This document shows, piece by piece, positions 16,416-26,478 of a stretch of 64,000 nucleotides of DNA. The notes beneath the pieces are model-generated. The model worked only from the letters and a program-made list of their open reading frames with translations. It did not search any database and had not been told where the DNA came from. The stretch's first letter is position 1. Every line of letters starts with the position of its first letter. Source of the DNA: Candidatus Aquidulcis sp. (GTDB lineage Bacteria; Chloroflexota; Limnocylindria; Limnocylindrales; Limnocylindraceae); NCBI GenBank assembly GCA_009919005.1, contig RGCW01000001.1, positions 13,591 to 77,590 on the forward strand, written 5' to 3'. Made by a program: the position numbers and the translations under genes.

Positions 16416-18392
16416 TTAGGCCCTGCGAGCGCTCCAGGCGGCTCGTATACGCCGCTCGATGCCTGCTTCGTCAAGGCCAATCAGCGCTCGAAGATCAGCA
16501 ACGCTCCCATGGTCGACGAAGCTACCGGCAGGGATGCCAATCGTGGTGACCGACGCCTTCATTCGCTGGCCCGTCGCCGATTCATGGGCGGCGAGTGACT
16601 CAACGACCGCACCCCCAAAACCTCCCGCCTCCACACTCTCTTCGACGGTCACGATCAGTTCGACCGTCTCGCCGTAGCGGCGAACCATGGCATGGTCCAG
16701 CGGGTTTGCCCAGATGGCGTTCACGAGCGCTACTGAGATCCCCTCGGCACGGAGACGATCGGCTACGGGCGCAACACGCTGGATGATGGGGCCAAACGCC
16801 AAGATTGCGATCTGGTCGCCCTCATGGAGCACCTCGGCGACACCAATCGGAAGGATTCGTGGTGTGACCTCGGCGACTCCCACCACGCTATCGCGGGGAT
16901 AGTGCAGCGCGAAAGGGTGATCTTGCGCCAGCGCGGTACGCACTAGTGATCGCAGCTCCTGCTCATCTTTTGGCGAGGCGATACACAGCCGTGGGATCTG
17001 CCGCTGAGCGGTAAGCATGAACATCCCCTGGTGGCTGGTGCCATCCTCGCCAACCAAGCCCGCTCGATCAACTCCAATCAGCACCGGCTGATCATTTTGG
17101 CAGACATCATGCACGATCTGGTCCCAGGCTCGTTGCAAGAAGGTTGAGTAGATTGCTACAACTGGTCGGCCACCCCCCATGGCAATACCCGTCGCCGCGG
17201 CAACGGCATGCTGCTCCGCGATTCCAACGTCGTAGAAGCGGTCAGGGTACGCCGTTGCGAACTTGTCTAAGCCGGTTCCCGTGGGCATCCCTGCAGTGAT
17301 CGCAACGATTCGCGGATCACTCTCAGCGGCCGCAACGACCTCGCGCGCGAAAAAGGCCGTATAGTTTGGGACCTTTGCAGGGGTGGCAATCGGATCTACG
17401 CCAGACTTGCCGTAACTGTCAGTCGGCCCCACCTCCATCTTGGGAAGTGCTGCGCCGTGGAATGTCACAGGATCAGCCTCGGCGGGCCGATAGCCACGCC
17501 CCTTTTGAGTTCGCACGTGGACGATCACGGGACCGTTCAGGGTGAATGCCTTTGTGAAGGCCTCCTCAAGCTGTTCACGATTGTGCCCATCCAGGACGCC
17601 CACGTACGTGATGCCAAGGTCTTCAAAGAGTCTCCCCGGCTCCTGCACCAAGGAGACGACTGAGCGGCGAAGGCTCTTGGACCACGCTCCGAGACTTGAA
17701 CCGATCAGCGGGACACGGGCAATGGTGCGGTCATACCATCCCTTGCTTTCACGCCAGCGGCCCGAAAGTTTCACTTTAGACAGATACGTGGAGATCGCAC
17801 CAACGGTTGGCGAGATGGACATCTCATTGTCATTCAGCACGATCAATAGCGGCGTACCACGATGACCAATGTCATTTAGTGCCTCAAGGCTGAGGCCGCT
17901 CATCAGGGCGGCGTCGCCGACCACAACTGCCACGCGTTCGGTGCCGCCGCGCACATCACGAGCCAACGCCAGCCCTTGGCCAATCGAGATGCCCGTGCCA
18001 GCATGACCGCCGTCAAAAACGTCGTGGGGGGATTCAGTTCGTCGCGGAAAACCGCCAATTCCTCCGAGCTGCCGCAGTGTGCCAAACCGAGCGAGTCGGC
18101 CCGTCAAGAGTTTGTGTGGATACGCCTGGTGTCCAGTGTCGAACACGATCCGATCAACCGGCGAGTTCATCACTCGGTGAAGCGCGATGGTTAGCTCTAC
18201 CACGCCGAGGCTTGGTCCAAGATGGCCGCCCGTGACAGCTGTCGTCGCGATGATCGCTGTGCGAATCTGTTCGGCAATCAGGTCAAGCTCAGCTGGCGCG
18301 AGCGATTTCAGATCCGCTGGGCTCTGCAGGCGACCAAGAAGTGAGTCAGCGCCGACGGCTCGCAGTGCAACCCCCTCGTCAGGCATCATCAT
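16416..18392 (-). CDS. dxs: 1-deoxy-D-xylulose-5-phosphate synthase
   Basis: 658 aa; GGHLGPSLGVVELTIALH, DTGHQAYPHKLLTGR and the TPP-binding domains. Confidence 0.95.
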   Translation of the reverse strand: MMMPDEGVALRAVGADSLLGRLQSPADLKSLAPAELDLIAEQIRTAIIATTAVTGGHLGPSLGVVELTIALHRVMNSPVDRIVFDTGHQAYPHKLLTGRLARFGTLRQLGGIGGFPRRTESPHDVFDGGHAGTGISIGQGLALARDVRGGTERVAVVVGDAALMSGLSLEALNDIGHRGTPLLIVLNDNEMSISPTVGAISTYLSKVKLSGRWRESKGWYDRTIARVPLIGSSLGAWSKSLRRSVVSLVQEPGRLFEDLGITYVGVLDGHNREQLEEAFTKAFTLNGPVIVHVRTQKGRGYRPAEADPVTFHGAALPKMEVGPTDSYGKSGVDPIATPAKVPNYTAFFAREVVAAAESDPRIVAITAGMPTGTGLDKFATAYPDRFYDVGIAEQHAVAAATGIAMGGGRPVVAIYSTFLQRAWDQIVHDVCQNDQPVLIGVDRAGLVGEDGTSHQGMFMLTAQRQIPRLCIASPKDEQELRSLVRTALAQDHPFALHYPRDSVVGVAEVTPRILPIGVAEVLHEGDQIAILAFGPIIQRVAPVADRLRAEGISVALVNAIWANPLDHAMVRRYGETVELIVTVEESVEAGGFGGAVVESLAAHESATGQRMKASVTTIGIPAGSFVDHGSVADLRALIGLDEAGIERRIRAAWSARRA

Positions 18393-18666
18393 CCTCCTCG
18401 TCGTCTTCTAACAGGGTGGTAGATCCATCGGGCAGGAGTTCCTCAACTCGCAGCCGTGCGGCCTCTAGTTGCTCCTCCGCATGTCGCTGTAGGGCCACGC
18501 CGCGTTCGTACTGCGCCACAGCGGTCGCCAGATCTCCCTCTTCGGCTTCGAGATCATCAACGATGGAGCGCAGTTCTGCAACGGTCGCCTCAAAAGATTC
18601 TGGGAGTTCCGCCGCCGTACCGCGGGAGGCTGAAGGTCGCGCCGACGCTCCTTTACGCTTCGCCAT
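18379..18666 (-). CDS. xseB: Exodeoxyribonuclease VII small subunit
   Basis: 95 aa; FEATVAELRSIVDDLEAEEGDL...YERGVALQRH is the XseB pattern. Confidence 0.85.
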   Translation of the reverse strand: MAKRKGASARPSASRGTAAELPESFEATVAELRSIVDDLEAEEGDLATAVAQYERGVALQRHAEEQLEAARLRVEELLPDGSTTLLEDDEEDDDA

Positions 18667-19879
18667 CAGCCACCTCCTTCGAACGTGCGGTTACGGTCGC
18701 CTGTAGCGAACCCCGCGCCAGCCGGATCTGAAGCGACGACCCAATCGGGGCGTCTCGCCAAGAGCGTACCGCCCTTCCCCCTTCGCCCGCCACAATCGCA
18801 TATCCGCGTGCCAGAACCCGCACAGGCGAGAGGGCATCGAGGAGGAGCCGAAGCTGCCGTAGGGTCGTCGCGGCCCCCTCTATGCGCGCGGCCGACGCTC
18901 GTACCAGCTCGTCGGAGAGTTGCGCAACTCGTTCGGCCGCCCGGTTGATGCGCTCGAGCGGACCAGCGTCGTGGAGCGCCACCGATGCCAGAGAGAGACG
19001 TCGCTGGGCGCGCTCGATCCTCCTGGCAAGCGCTCGGCTCCCGCGATCACCAAGTCGGTCAAGTTCAAAGCGTTCGCGTGGGAGGTCACTGGAGAGCGCT
19101 GCGGCACCCATGCTCGGTGTGCCGGCGCGAAGATCGGCAACCAGATCCGCAAAGGTCACATCGGACTCATGCCCAACGGCGGAGATGAGCGGTGTCTCGG
19201 TGGCCGCGATGGCACGAAGGACTCGTTCAGCATTAAAGGCGGCAAGATCATCGTTAGATCCGCCACCACGTGCCAGCAGCAGGACGCTGATCGCACCTGG
19301 CTGGCCGCGCCGGCGTTCGCTTGTCGCGTACGCATCGATGCGTTCAATCGCGGCGGCGATCTCTTCGGGCGCACCAGACCCTTGCACCGCACTATGGATC
19401 ACAACAAGTCGTGCAAGGGGCGCTTCACGCCGCAAGACGCGCAGAACGTCATGAAGGACCGCTCCGGAGGTGGAGGTAATCAATCCGATCCCTCGTGGCG
19501 CCTGGGGGATTGGCCGCTTGCGCGCTGCATCAAAGAGCCCCTCTGCCTGAAGTGCACGCTTGAGCGCCTCCATCTCTCGCGAGAGCAGCCCCATGCCGCC
19601 AGCGCGCTCAACCGTTGAAGCGACCAATTGATACCGGCTGCGCGGTCCATAAAGGTCAATGCGACCGCGTGCAACCACGATCTCGCCGACGAGCGGGGTT
19701 GACTCACCTGGCCGAATCGCGCCGCGGAATCGGACGACATCGAGTGTGGCGTCCTCATCTCGCAAGGTGAGGTATTCGTGTCCCGCCGAGCTTCGTGTGG
19801 CGCTCTGCACTTCGCCGACAACCGCACAGTCACTCAAGCTCGGGTCCGTACCGATCAACGCCTTAATCTGCGCAGCCAC
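18653..19879 (-). CDS. xseA: Exodeoxyribonuclease VII large subunit
   Basis: 408 aa with an OB-fold N-terminus and the ARGGGSNDDLAAFN motif. Confidence 0.9.
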   Translation of the reverse strand: MAAQIKALIGTDPSLSDCAVVGEVQSATRSSAGHEYLTLRDEDATLDVVRFRGAIRPGESTPLVGEIVVARGRIDLYGPRSRYQLVASTVERAGGMGLLSREMEALKRALQAEGLFDAARKRPIPQAPRGIGLITSTSGAVLHDVLRVLRREAPLARLVVIHSAVQGSGAPEEIAAAIERIDAYATSERRRGQPGAISVLLLARGGGSNDDLAAFNAERVLRAIAATETPLISAVGHESDVTFADLVADLRAGTPSMGAAALSSDLPRERFELDRLGDRGSRALARRIERAQRRLSLASVALHDAGPLERINRAAERVAQLSDELVRASAARIEGAATTLRQLRLLLDALSPVRVLARGYAIVAGEGGRAVRSWRDAPIGSSLQIRLARGSLQATVTARSKEVADGEA

Positions 19880-19920
19880 CTCAGAGACGCTCAGCGCCTC
19901 TACAGGAGCGTCAAACTGGT

Positions 19921-20478
19921 TCAGACCCGCGTCTGGTACTCGCCCGTTCGTGTGTCGACGCGAATAACATCGCCTACGTTCACGAAGAGCGGGACCTGAA
20001 CGACCAATCCAGTTTCTACTGTGGCTGGCTTGCGCGTTCCCGTAGCAGTATCTCCTGCAAACCCAGGATCGGTCTCCGTTACGGTGAGGTCAAGGTTGAT
20101 TGGCAACTCCACGCCTAGGGTCTCGCCCTCGTAACTTACGCGATCGAGCTGCAGGCCATCCTTGATGTAGTCCTTGGCATCGCCAAGCTGCTCGGCGGTG
20201 ATGACAAACTGGTCGTAGGTCTCCGTGTCCATAAACGTGTAGTCGCCACCCTCTGAGAAGAGGAACTGGGCCGTTCGGCGTTCCATAGTCGCACGAGGAA
20301 ATTTCTCACCCGCCTGGAATGTCTTTTCGACAATGGACTGCTTGCGCACGTTGCGGAACTTGATCCGTACCTGGGCAGAGCCGCGACCCATCTTGATGTG
20401 GTGATAGTCAAGGATCTGCCAAAGGTCACCCTCTAGCTCAATCACGACCCCCTTCTTCAGTTCCCCAGTTGAGATCAT
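19921..20478 (-). CDS. efp: Elongation factor P
   Basis: 185 aa; MISTGELKKGVVIELEGDLWQILDYHHIKMGRGSAQVRIKFRNV is EF-P-like. Confidence 0.95.
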   Translation of the reverse strand: MISTGELKKGVVIELEGDLWQILDYHHIKMGRGSAQVRIKFRNVRKQSIVEKTFQAGEKFPRATMERRTAQFLFSEGGDYTFMDTETYDQFVITAEQLGDAKDYIKDGLQLDRVSYEGETLGVELPINLDLTVTETDPGFAGDTATGTRKPATVETGLVVQVPLFVNVGDVIRVDTRTGEYQTRV

Positions 20479-20541
20479 TGCCTACTCTCCTCTACTCGGC
20501 CACGCGCGACCATGCTCATTGCATTCACGAGATTCTAACCG

Positions 20542-21771
20542 TCAGCCGACAATTATGGGATCTGAGGGGAACCTGGTGAGCACCTCAAGAACTCCCTGTG
20601 TGGCATCCACGTGAACGAGGTCCTCAATTCGAATGCCGATTCGCTCCTCCAGGTAGATGCCTGGCTCAACACTAAACACCGTCGGTGAGGGGAGTGGGTC
20701 CGTGCTTGCAGCGCGCGACAGGCTCGGCGCTTCGTGCGTCTGTAGGCCGATGCCGTGCCCAAGTCCATGGTCATAGATGCCTGCGCCCGCGCCCATGGCA
20801 CGCCGAGTCTCTTCGTCGCAGCGTCGCCCCGACGGCATCTCAGTGCCACGATCGGAGATGGTGCGTTTGAGGAGCTCTAGGGTTGCCGCCTGGCCACGAA
20901 ACACCTGCTCGTACAGCACCAGATCCGCGTCGCTTGCCGTTTGCACAAAGAGGGTTCTAGTCATGTCGCTGCGATAACCGCCCACCTGTGCACCGAAGTC
21001 AAACAAGATCACCTCCCCGGCCGTCAAGGCGCGATCGCCTGGACTCCCATGAGGTAACGCTGCGTTGCCACCAGCGAGCGCCGCAACATCAAATGCGAGT
21101 GCCTCTGCCCCATCCTCGCGCATGCCGCGCTCGAGGGACCAGGCGAGAGAGGCCTCACTGACGCCGGGCTGAATGTGCGGTCCGAGCCGAGCCAGTGCGC
21201 GATCGGCCACCGCGCACGCGGCCGCGATCCGTTCGATCTCCGCCGGCTCTTTTCGTGCACGTTGCGCAGCGCCAAAGCCCTTCACCGAGACCAACTCAGC
21301 GCCTGCAGCAGTTGCGGCGATGCGCTCCCAGACAGAGTGGCGCACCATCTGTGGGTCGAGTCCACAACGACGTACTCCTCGCGCGGCGAGCCAGCCTCCG
21401 ATCGTCTCGCCAACATCACTCCCGTAGTCGAGGGTTGCGAACCCTGGCGCCTCGCGACGTGCCTGCACCGTATACCGAGAGTCCACCAGAACGGCACATT
21501 CGTCTGCGGTAATCAGGAGCCATCCACTCGATCCAGCAACCGGCTCCTCATTCGGGCCAAACTCCATCCCAGCGAAATATCGAGCATCGGCATGTGCGGT
21601 CAGCAGCAGCGCGTCGAGACCCTCGGCCGCAGCTCGAACCCGAAGCTGAGCGAGTCTCTGAGGGCGCGCGGCGTGATCAGCAGCACGCCATCGCTCAAGG
21701 TCACGCCGCGATGGTGCCGCGGCGAACTCCTCGGCGCTTGGCAAGGTGGTTCGCGGCCGCATTACTTCCAT
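20542..21771 (-). CDS. pepP: Xaa-Pro aminopeptidase (M24 family)
   Basis: 409 aa with an M24 metal-binding region (HGLGHGIGLQTHE) and a creatinase-like N-terminal domain. Adjacent to efp as in actinobacteria. Confidence 0.85.
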   Translation of the reverse strand: MEVMRPRTTLPSAEEFAAAPSRRDLERWRAADHAARPQRLAQLRVRAAAEGLDALLLTAHADARYFAGMEFGPNEEPVAGSSGWLLITADECAVLVDSRYTVQARREAPGFATLDYGSDVGETIGGWLAARGVRRCGLDPQMVRHSVWERIAATAAGAELVSVKGFGAAQRARKEPAEIERIAAACAVADRALARLGPHIQPGVSEASLAWSLERGMREDGAEALAFDVAALAGGNAALPHGSPGDRALTAGEVILFDFGAQVGGYRSDMTRTLFVQTASDADLVLYEQVFRGQAATLELLKRTISDRGTEMPSGRRCDEETRRAMGAGAGIYDHGLGHGIGLQTHEAPSLSRAASTDPLPSPTVFSVEPGIYLEERIGIRIEDLVHVDATQGVLEVLTRFPSDPIIVG

Positions 21772-22949
21772 CCGTACTTGCGCGCCTTGGCTTCATGTTC
21801 GGCGAGCGTCTTGCTGAAGTCGTGCCGCCCGCCGCTATTCGGGATCAACACGAAGTAAAGCTCCTTGCGACTTGAGTCAGGTTCGCGCGCTGCGATGATT
21901 GAGGCCAGCGTTGGAGAGCAGAACGGTGCAGGAGGAATGCCACCCCGCACGAAGGTGTTCCACGGAACAAGGTCAGCTGGGACACGCGGCGGAACCAGCC
22001 CGGAGTACGGCTTGGCAGGGAATTTCCAGAATTCATACTCTGCCCATTTCGCGAGGGGTAGCTTGCGCAGTGCAGCAGAGTCAGCAACCCAGATGATTGA
22101 CGGATCCGCGAACAGTCCTTGGCCGAGCTCTAGGCGATAGGTATACACGCCAGCCATCCGTGGGCGTTCATCATCAAGCGCGGCCTCCTTCTCGACAATC
22201 GAAGCGAGCGTCAGAATCTCATTGAAGGAGTAGCCGCCCGAAGCACCGCGGTACGCCTCGGGCACCTGTTCAGCGAATCGGTCCAGCAAAATTCGAACAA
22301 ATGATTCGGCCGTAGCCGAAACTGGCACACTCAATGCGCCAGATCCCAAACGTCCCTCGAGGGTTCCCCCCTTCGGCAAATCTAGCCAGGGGTAGTCAGC
22401 AATGATCGCGGTACTCGGCGTGCGCAGTAGGTCTAAGACATCGGCCGCTTCAAATGGTAGGTCTAGTGTGGTGAGCTTGGCGACGATCTGTTCAATACGG
22501 AGCCCAGCGCGTATCTCTACTGCAATGGTTGGCTCACGGTATGGATCTGTGAGCGCGGTTGCGACTTCCGTGGGAGTCATAGACGCAGCAACCCTGAAGG
22601 TGCCCGCCTGCAGCTTCCCATCAAGTCCCGCCGCGCGCACGGCATAGAGGAAGCCGACTTCGTCGGCAATCAACCCAGCATCGTGAAGCTGGCGGGCGAT
22701 CATGCTGGTGCTGGCTCCAGAGGCGATCTCCACGGTTACAAGCGTGGGATCTGTCCCCGCCGGCGCGGAGGTGCGGGTCCCAAGGTGATCCTTGATGATG
22801 TCGCTGATTAATGGAAGCTGAGCGATCCCAGCGGAACGCACACCGACTGCCACCAGTGTGTCCCCAAAAATGGGTGGGGCAATAACGCGAATTAACGCGA
22901 TCGCCACCACGACACTTGCAGCGAAGCGAAGCAGACGCGTACGACTCAC
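21762..22949 (-). CDS. mltG: Endolytic murein transglycosylase MltG (YceG family)
   Basis: 395 aa with an N-terminal TM segment and a YceG-like domain. Confidence 0.85.
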   Translation of the reverse strand: MSRTRLLRFAASVVVAIALIRVIAPPIFGDTLVAVGVRSAGIAQLPLISDIIKDHLGTRTSAPAGTDPTLVTVEIASGASTSMIARQLHDAGLIADEVGFLYAVRAAGLDGKLQAGTFRVAASMTPTEVATALTDPYREPTIAVEIRAGLRIEQIVAKLTTLDLPFEAADVLDLLRTPSTAIIADYPWLDLPKGGTLEGRLGSGALSVPVSATAESFVRILLDRFAEQVPEAYRGASGGYSFNEILTLASIVEKEAALDDERPRMAGVYTYRLELGQGLFADPSIIWVADSAALRKLPLAKWAEYEFWKFPAKPYSGLVPPRVPADLVPWNTFVRGGIPPAPFCSPTLASIIAAREPDSSRKELYFVLIPNSGGRHDFSKTLAEHEAKARKYGWK

Positions 22950-23452
22950 CCGTGCGCCTCGGCTCGCTGCGCGACGAGCGTATCTGGGTGGATGACTAAG
23001 GTTGGATTCAAGGAATCGACAAGGATGAGACGGGCCGCTTCGCGATCAATCGCCGCCCGACGCGCCGCCCGACGAGCGGGGCCCGGTGCACCGCCACCCC
23101 CGCCGCGCGGCGCTCGACCGAGCGAAGCCTCGGCGCGTTGAGAGGAGTAACGCTCATCAACGAAGATAACGGGAAGGTTCAGCGCCGCAGAGACCTCGGC
23201 TGCCCAGCCCAACGTGCCGGCTGCCTGCTGACTCAACCGCCCGTCGCTGTGGAGCGGGAGCCCCACGACGAGGAGTGTGACCCGGCGCTCAACCGAGATC
23301 GTGCGTAATCGCTCAGCATCCGCGGTCGCAGAGTCACGACGCATCATCGTCGGCAATCCGTGTGGAGGCAGCGACCCCTCCTGGATCGCTAGGCCAATAC
23401 GGCGCTCCCCTAGGTCAACGCCAAGGGCGCGGCGTGGCACGTGGTCGGTCAC
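22946..23452 (-). CDS. ruvX: Holliday junction resolvase-like RuvX (YqgF)
   Basis: 168 aa; LGVDLGERRIGLAI is a YqgF-like N-terminus. Confidence 0.85.
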   Translation of the reverse strand: MTDHVPRRALGVDLGERRIGLAIQEGSLPPHGLPTMMRRDSATADAERLRTISVERRVTLLVVGLPLHSDGRLSQQAAGTLGWAAEVSAALNLPVIFVDERYSSQRAEASLGRAPRGGGGGAPGPARRAARRAAIDREAARLILVDSLNPTLVIHPDTLVAQRAEAHG

Positions 23453-26178
23453 GAACGGGCCACCGTCACTCCCAACGCTGATGCGAGTGCCGCAGTTGCC
23501 GTTTCCGCACTACTCCCAGCTGCGCCACGGCCCTGCCCCATTGCGGCTCGTCCGCCACCGCGTCCCCCGATCGCCGCCGCGGCAGTCCCAGCGAGCGCCC
23601 CAGCATCGTGTTCTGAGCTCCCTTCAACCGAGACGAAGATCTCAGGACACTCCGCCGAGCAAACGAGGGCCAGGACCCCCGCCCCCATCGCCTTGCGCAG
23701 TTGCTTTCCAACCTCTTTCAGCGCCTCCCCGTCATCGACCTCTATTGCAGCCACAAGGATGGAGATCCCCTCTCGCTTCGTCGCCTGTGCGACGAGGGCA
23801 CCAGGGTCGACTCGTGATGAGCCGCCCGCTTTGGCCCGGCGCTTCGCCTCCTTCAATTCACTCTGTAGAGTTGCAATGCGCTGCGGTAGTGCGGCGAACT
23901 CCTGCGCACCCACCGCCTCAACGCTCGCGTCCAGCGTCCGTGCCTGCTCGCGCAGGTACGCGTCGGCTGCCGTACCCGTCAACGCCTCAATGCGACGCAG
24001 GCCAGAACCAATGCTTCGCTCACTGATGATGATGAAGCTGCCGATCTGTCCGGTTGCATTACAGTGCGTACCGCCACACAGCTCGTGGGAGTAGTCTTCC
24101 ATTCGGACGGTTCGCACGATCTCGCCATACTTTTCATCAAAGAAGGCATCCGCACCGGCGCGCACGGCATCACTCATGCTCATATGAGACACCACAACGC
24201 CCATGTCCTCTCGAATCGCACGACGGACCTCTGCCTCCGTTTGATCTCGTTCATCACGCGACAGTGGACGATCCAACGGGTAGTCAAAACGCAGGTACTT
24301 CGGGTGCACGAGTGATCCTCGTTGCTTCGCCTCAGCGCCAGCCACAATACGGATCGCACGATGGAGGAGGTGCGTCGCTGTGTGATTGCGCATCGTGTCC
24401 GCCCGCCGAACGGCATTGACCGACATTGTGACCGAATCTCCCACGGCGATCGCACCGCTCGCTCGGACGGCATGGATGGTAAGCGCTCCAACCGGTCGCT
24501 GGGTGTCGCGCACCTCGGCAATCACCGAACCCTTTATGTTCAGAACGTGGCCTTCATCGCCGACTTGCCCACCACGTTCTGCGTAGAAGGGCGTCTGTGC
24601 AACGATCAGGAGCCCCTCATCTCCGGCCGCAAGCGATGAAACCTCCGCACCGTCGCGAATCAGCGCACGCACAGTGGTCACAATCGAAAGCTGCTCGTAC
24701 CCGACAAATTCCGTCTCTCCAACCCGGCGCAAGATCTCTTCGTACAGCGCCGTCGCAACCGCGATCTCTGCCAGCGCGGCCTTCTTTCCGCCACGGCTGC
24801 GCTCACGCTGCTCGGCAAGCAAGCGCTCAAAGGCGCCGCGATCTACAGCGACGCCGCGTTCGGCCGCAAGCTCCACCGTGAGGTCGATCGGGAACCCGTA
24901 GGTGTCATGGAGTTTGAAGGCGATCTCTCCACCCAGGAGAGGGCTGCTCTGTGGGAGGTCGTCGGCACGCCGACCGATGACGCTCTCACCCGCTCCGAGA
25001 CCTTCAAGTGCCTCACGAAGCAGGGCTGAACCTGCATCAAGAGTACGGGCAAATTGCATCTCTTCGCGCTCGATCGCTTCAAGGATTGCCGATTGGGCAT
25101 CCTTCAAATACGGGTATGCCACGCCCATCAGCGAAATGACCTCACCAGCAACCTGACCGAAGAACGGCTTCGTGATGCCGAGGAGGCGCGCATGGCGCAC
25201 TGCACGGCGAATGATGCGCCGCAACACATACCCGCGTCCCTCGTTTCCTGGTCGAACACCGTCTGCGATCAAGAAGGTGACTGCCCGTGCATGATCTGCG
25301 ATCACCTGATAACTAAAGCGCTGCGCGTCAAACTCGTTCATTGAGTGCTTCGTGATTGCGCGCATCGCCGCATGGATGGGCTGGAAGAGATCCGTGTCGT
25401 AGTTGGAGAGCACCTGCTGCGACACGCTCGCGAGTCGTTCGAGGCCCATCCCAGTGTCAACACTCTTGAACGGGAGTTCTGTACGGCGTCCGTCGGGATG
25501 TTGCTCGTACTGCATAAAGACGAGGTTCCACACCTCAAGCCAGCGTGGGCAGTGTTCGGAGTGGTCTGGCAAGCAATCGGGACCGCACGCAAGATCGGCG
25601 CCGCGATCAAAGTGGATCTCCGAGCATGGTCCGCATGGACCAGTCTCGGCCATTCGCCAGAAGTTGGCATCGTTCCCATTGTCGACATCACCCCAGCGAG
25701 CAAGTCGATCAGCCGGAACTCCGACCTCGTTCAGCCAGATATCGGCCGACTCTTGATCGTCGCTGTACACCGTAACCCCCAAACGATCAGCGGGAATCCC
25801 CGCCTCGACCGTGAGGAACTCCCACGCCCAGAGGATCGCATCGCGCTTGAAATAGTCGCCAAACGACCATGAGCCGAGCATCTCGAAGAGCGTGTGATGA
25901 CGTGGAGTTCGGCCTACCTCTTCAAAATCGTTGTGCTTGCCCGCCACCCGCAGGCACCGCTGGTAGTCAACGGCACGTCGGTACGAACGAGTCTCGGCTC
26001 CACTGAAGAGCTCTTTGAACTGCACCATCCCCGAATTGGTGAAGAGGAGCGTGGCATCCCCCGCGGGGACAAGTGAAGCGCTGGGTACCTCGGTGTGGCC
26101 ACGCGCAACGAAGAACGCAACAAACCGAGACCGGAGTTCGGCTGCGCTTTGCGTCGGAATTCGAGGGTCTCGTTCCAC
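23449..26178 (-). CDS. alaS: Alanine--tRNA ligase
   Basis: 909 aa with class II catalytic, editing (HTATHLLH) and C-terminal DHHA1-like regions. Confidence 0.95.
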   Translation of the reverse strand: MERDPRIPTQSAAELRSRFVAFFVARGHTEVPSASLVPAGDATLLFTNSGMVQFKELFSGAETRSYRRAVDYQRCLRVAGKHNDFEEVGRTPRHHTLFEMLGSWSFGDYFKRDAILWAWEFLTVEAGIPADRLGVTVYSDDQESADIWLNEVGVPADRLARWGDVDNGNDANFWRMAETGPCGPCSEIHFDRGADLACGPDCLPDHSEHCPRWLEVWNLVFMQYEQHPDGRRTELPFKSVDTGMGLERLASVSQQVLSNYDTDLFQPIHAAMRAITKHSMNEFDAQRFSYQVIADHARAVTFLIADGVRPGNEGRGYVLRRIIRRAVRHARLLGITKPFFGQVAGEVISLMGVAYPYLKDAQSAILEAIEREEMQFARTLDAGSALLREALEGLGAGESVIGRRADDLPQSSPLLGGEIAFKLHDTYGFPIDLTVELAAERGVAVDRGAFERLLAEQRERSRGGKKAALAEIAVATALYEEILRRVGETEFVGYEQLSIVTTVRALIRDGAEVSSLAAGDEGLLIVAQTPFYAERGGQVGDEGHVLNIKGSVIAEVRDTQRPVGALTIHAVRASGAIAVGDSVTMSVNAVRRADTMRNHTATHLLHRAIRIVAGAEAKQRGSLVHPKYLRFDYPLDRPLSRDERDQTEAEVRRAIREDMGVVVSHMSMSDAVRAGADAFFDEKYGEIVRTVRMEDYSHELCGGTHCNATGQIGSFIIISERSIGSGLRRIEALTGTAADAYLREQARTLDASVEAVGAQEFAALPQRIATLQSELKEAKRRAKAGGSSRVDPGALVAQATKREGISILVAAIEVDDGEALKEVGKQLRKAMGAGVLALVCSAECPEIFVSVEGSSEHDAGALAGTAAAAIGGRGGGRAAMGQGRGAAGSSAETATAALASALGVTVARS

Positions 26179-26208
26179 GCGTGGAGTGTACCCGAGGGGT
26201 GCCGAGAG

Positions 26209-26478
26209 TTACGGTCGCCGACCTCGCTCCCAATCGGTCGCGATCCGCGCCACTAGCCGTTCGCCGAAGAGAGCCCCCACGAGCGGAGCTGGCCACGCGG
26301 TGCCCCCCACCGGATACAGGCCACCCAACAGTCGCTCCGCCACCACTTGAGCAAGCAACGCGCCAACAACGGCGCCCACAAGTCCCACGGGGAGCGACGC
26401 GCGATTGGAGAGCAAGCGCCCAACCACGAGGGCAACTCCGATCGAGAGGGCGACGAGGAGTGGGGCCGGCTCAATCAT
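26209..26478 (-). CDS. Small membrane protein, GlsB/YeaQ/YmgE (transglycosylase-associated) family-like
   Basis: 89 aa, 2-3 TM, Gly-zipper VGLVGAVVGALLA. Confidence 0.4.
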   Translation of the reverse strand: MIEPAPLLVALSIGVALVVGRLLSNRASLPVGLVGAVVGALLAQVVAERLLGGLYPVGGTAWPAPLVGALFGERLVARIATDWERGRRP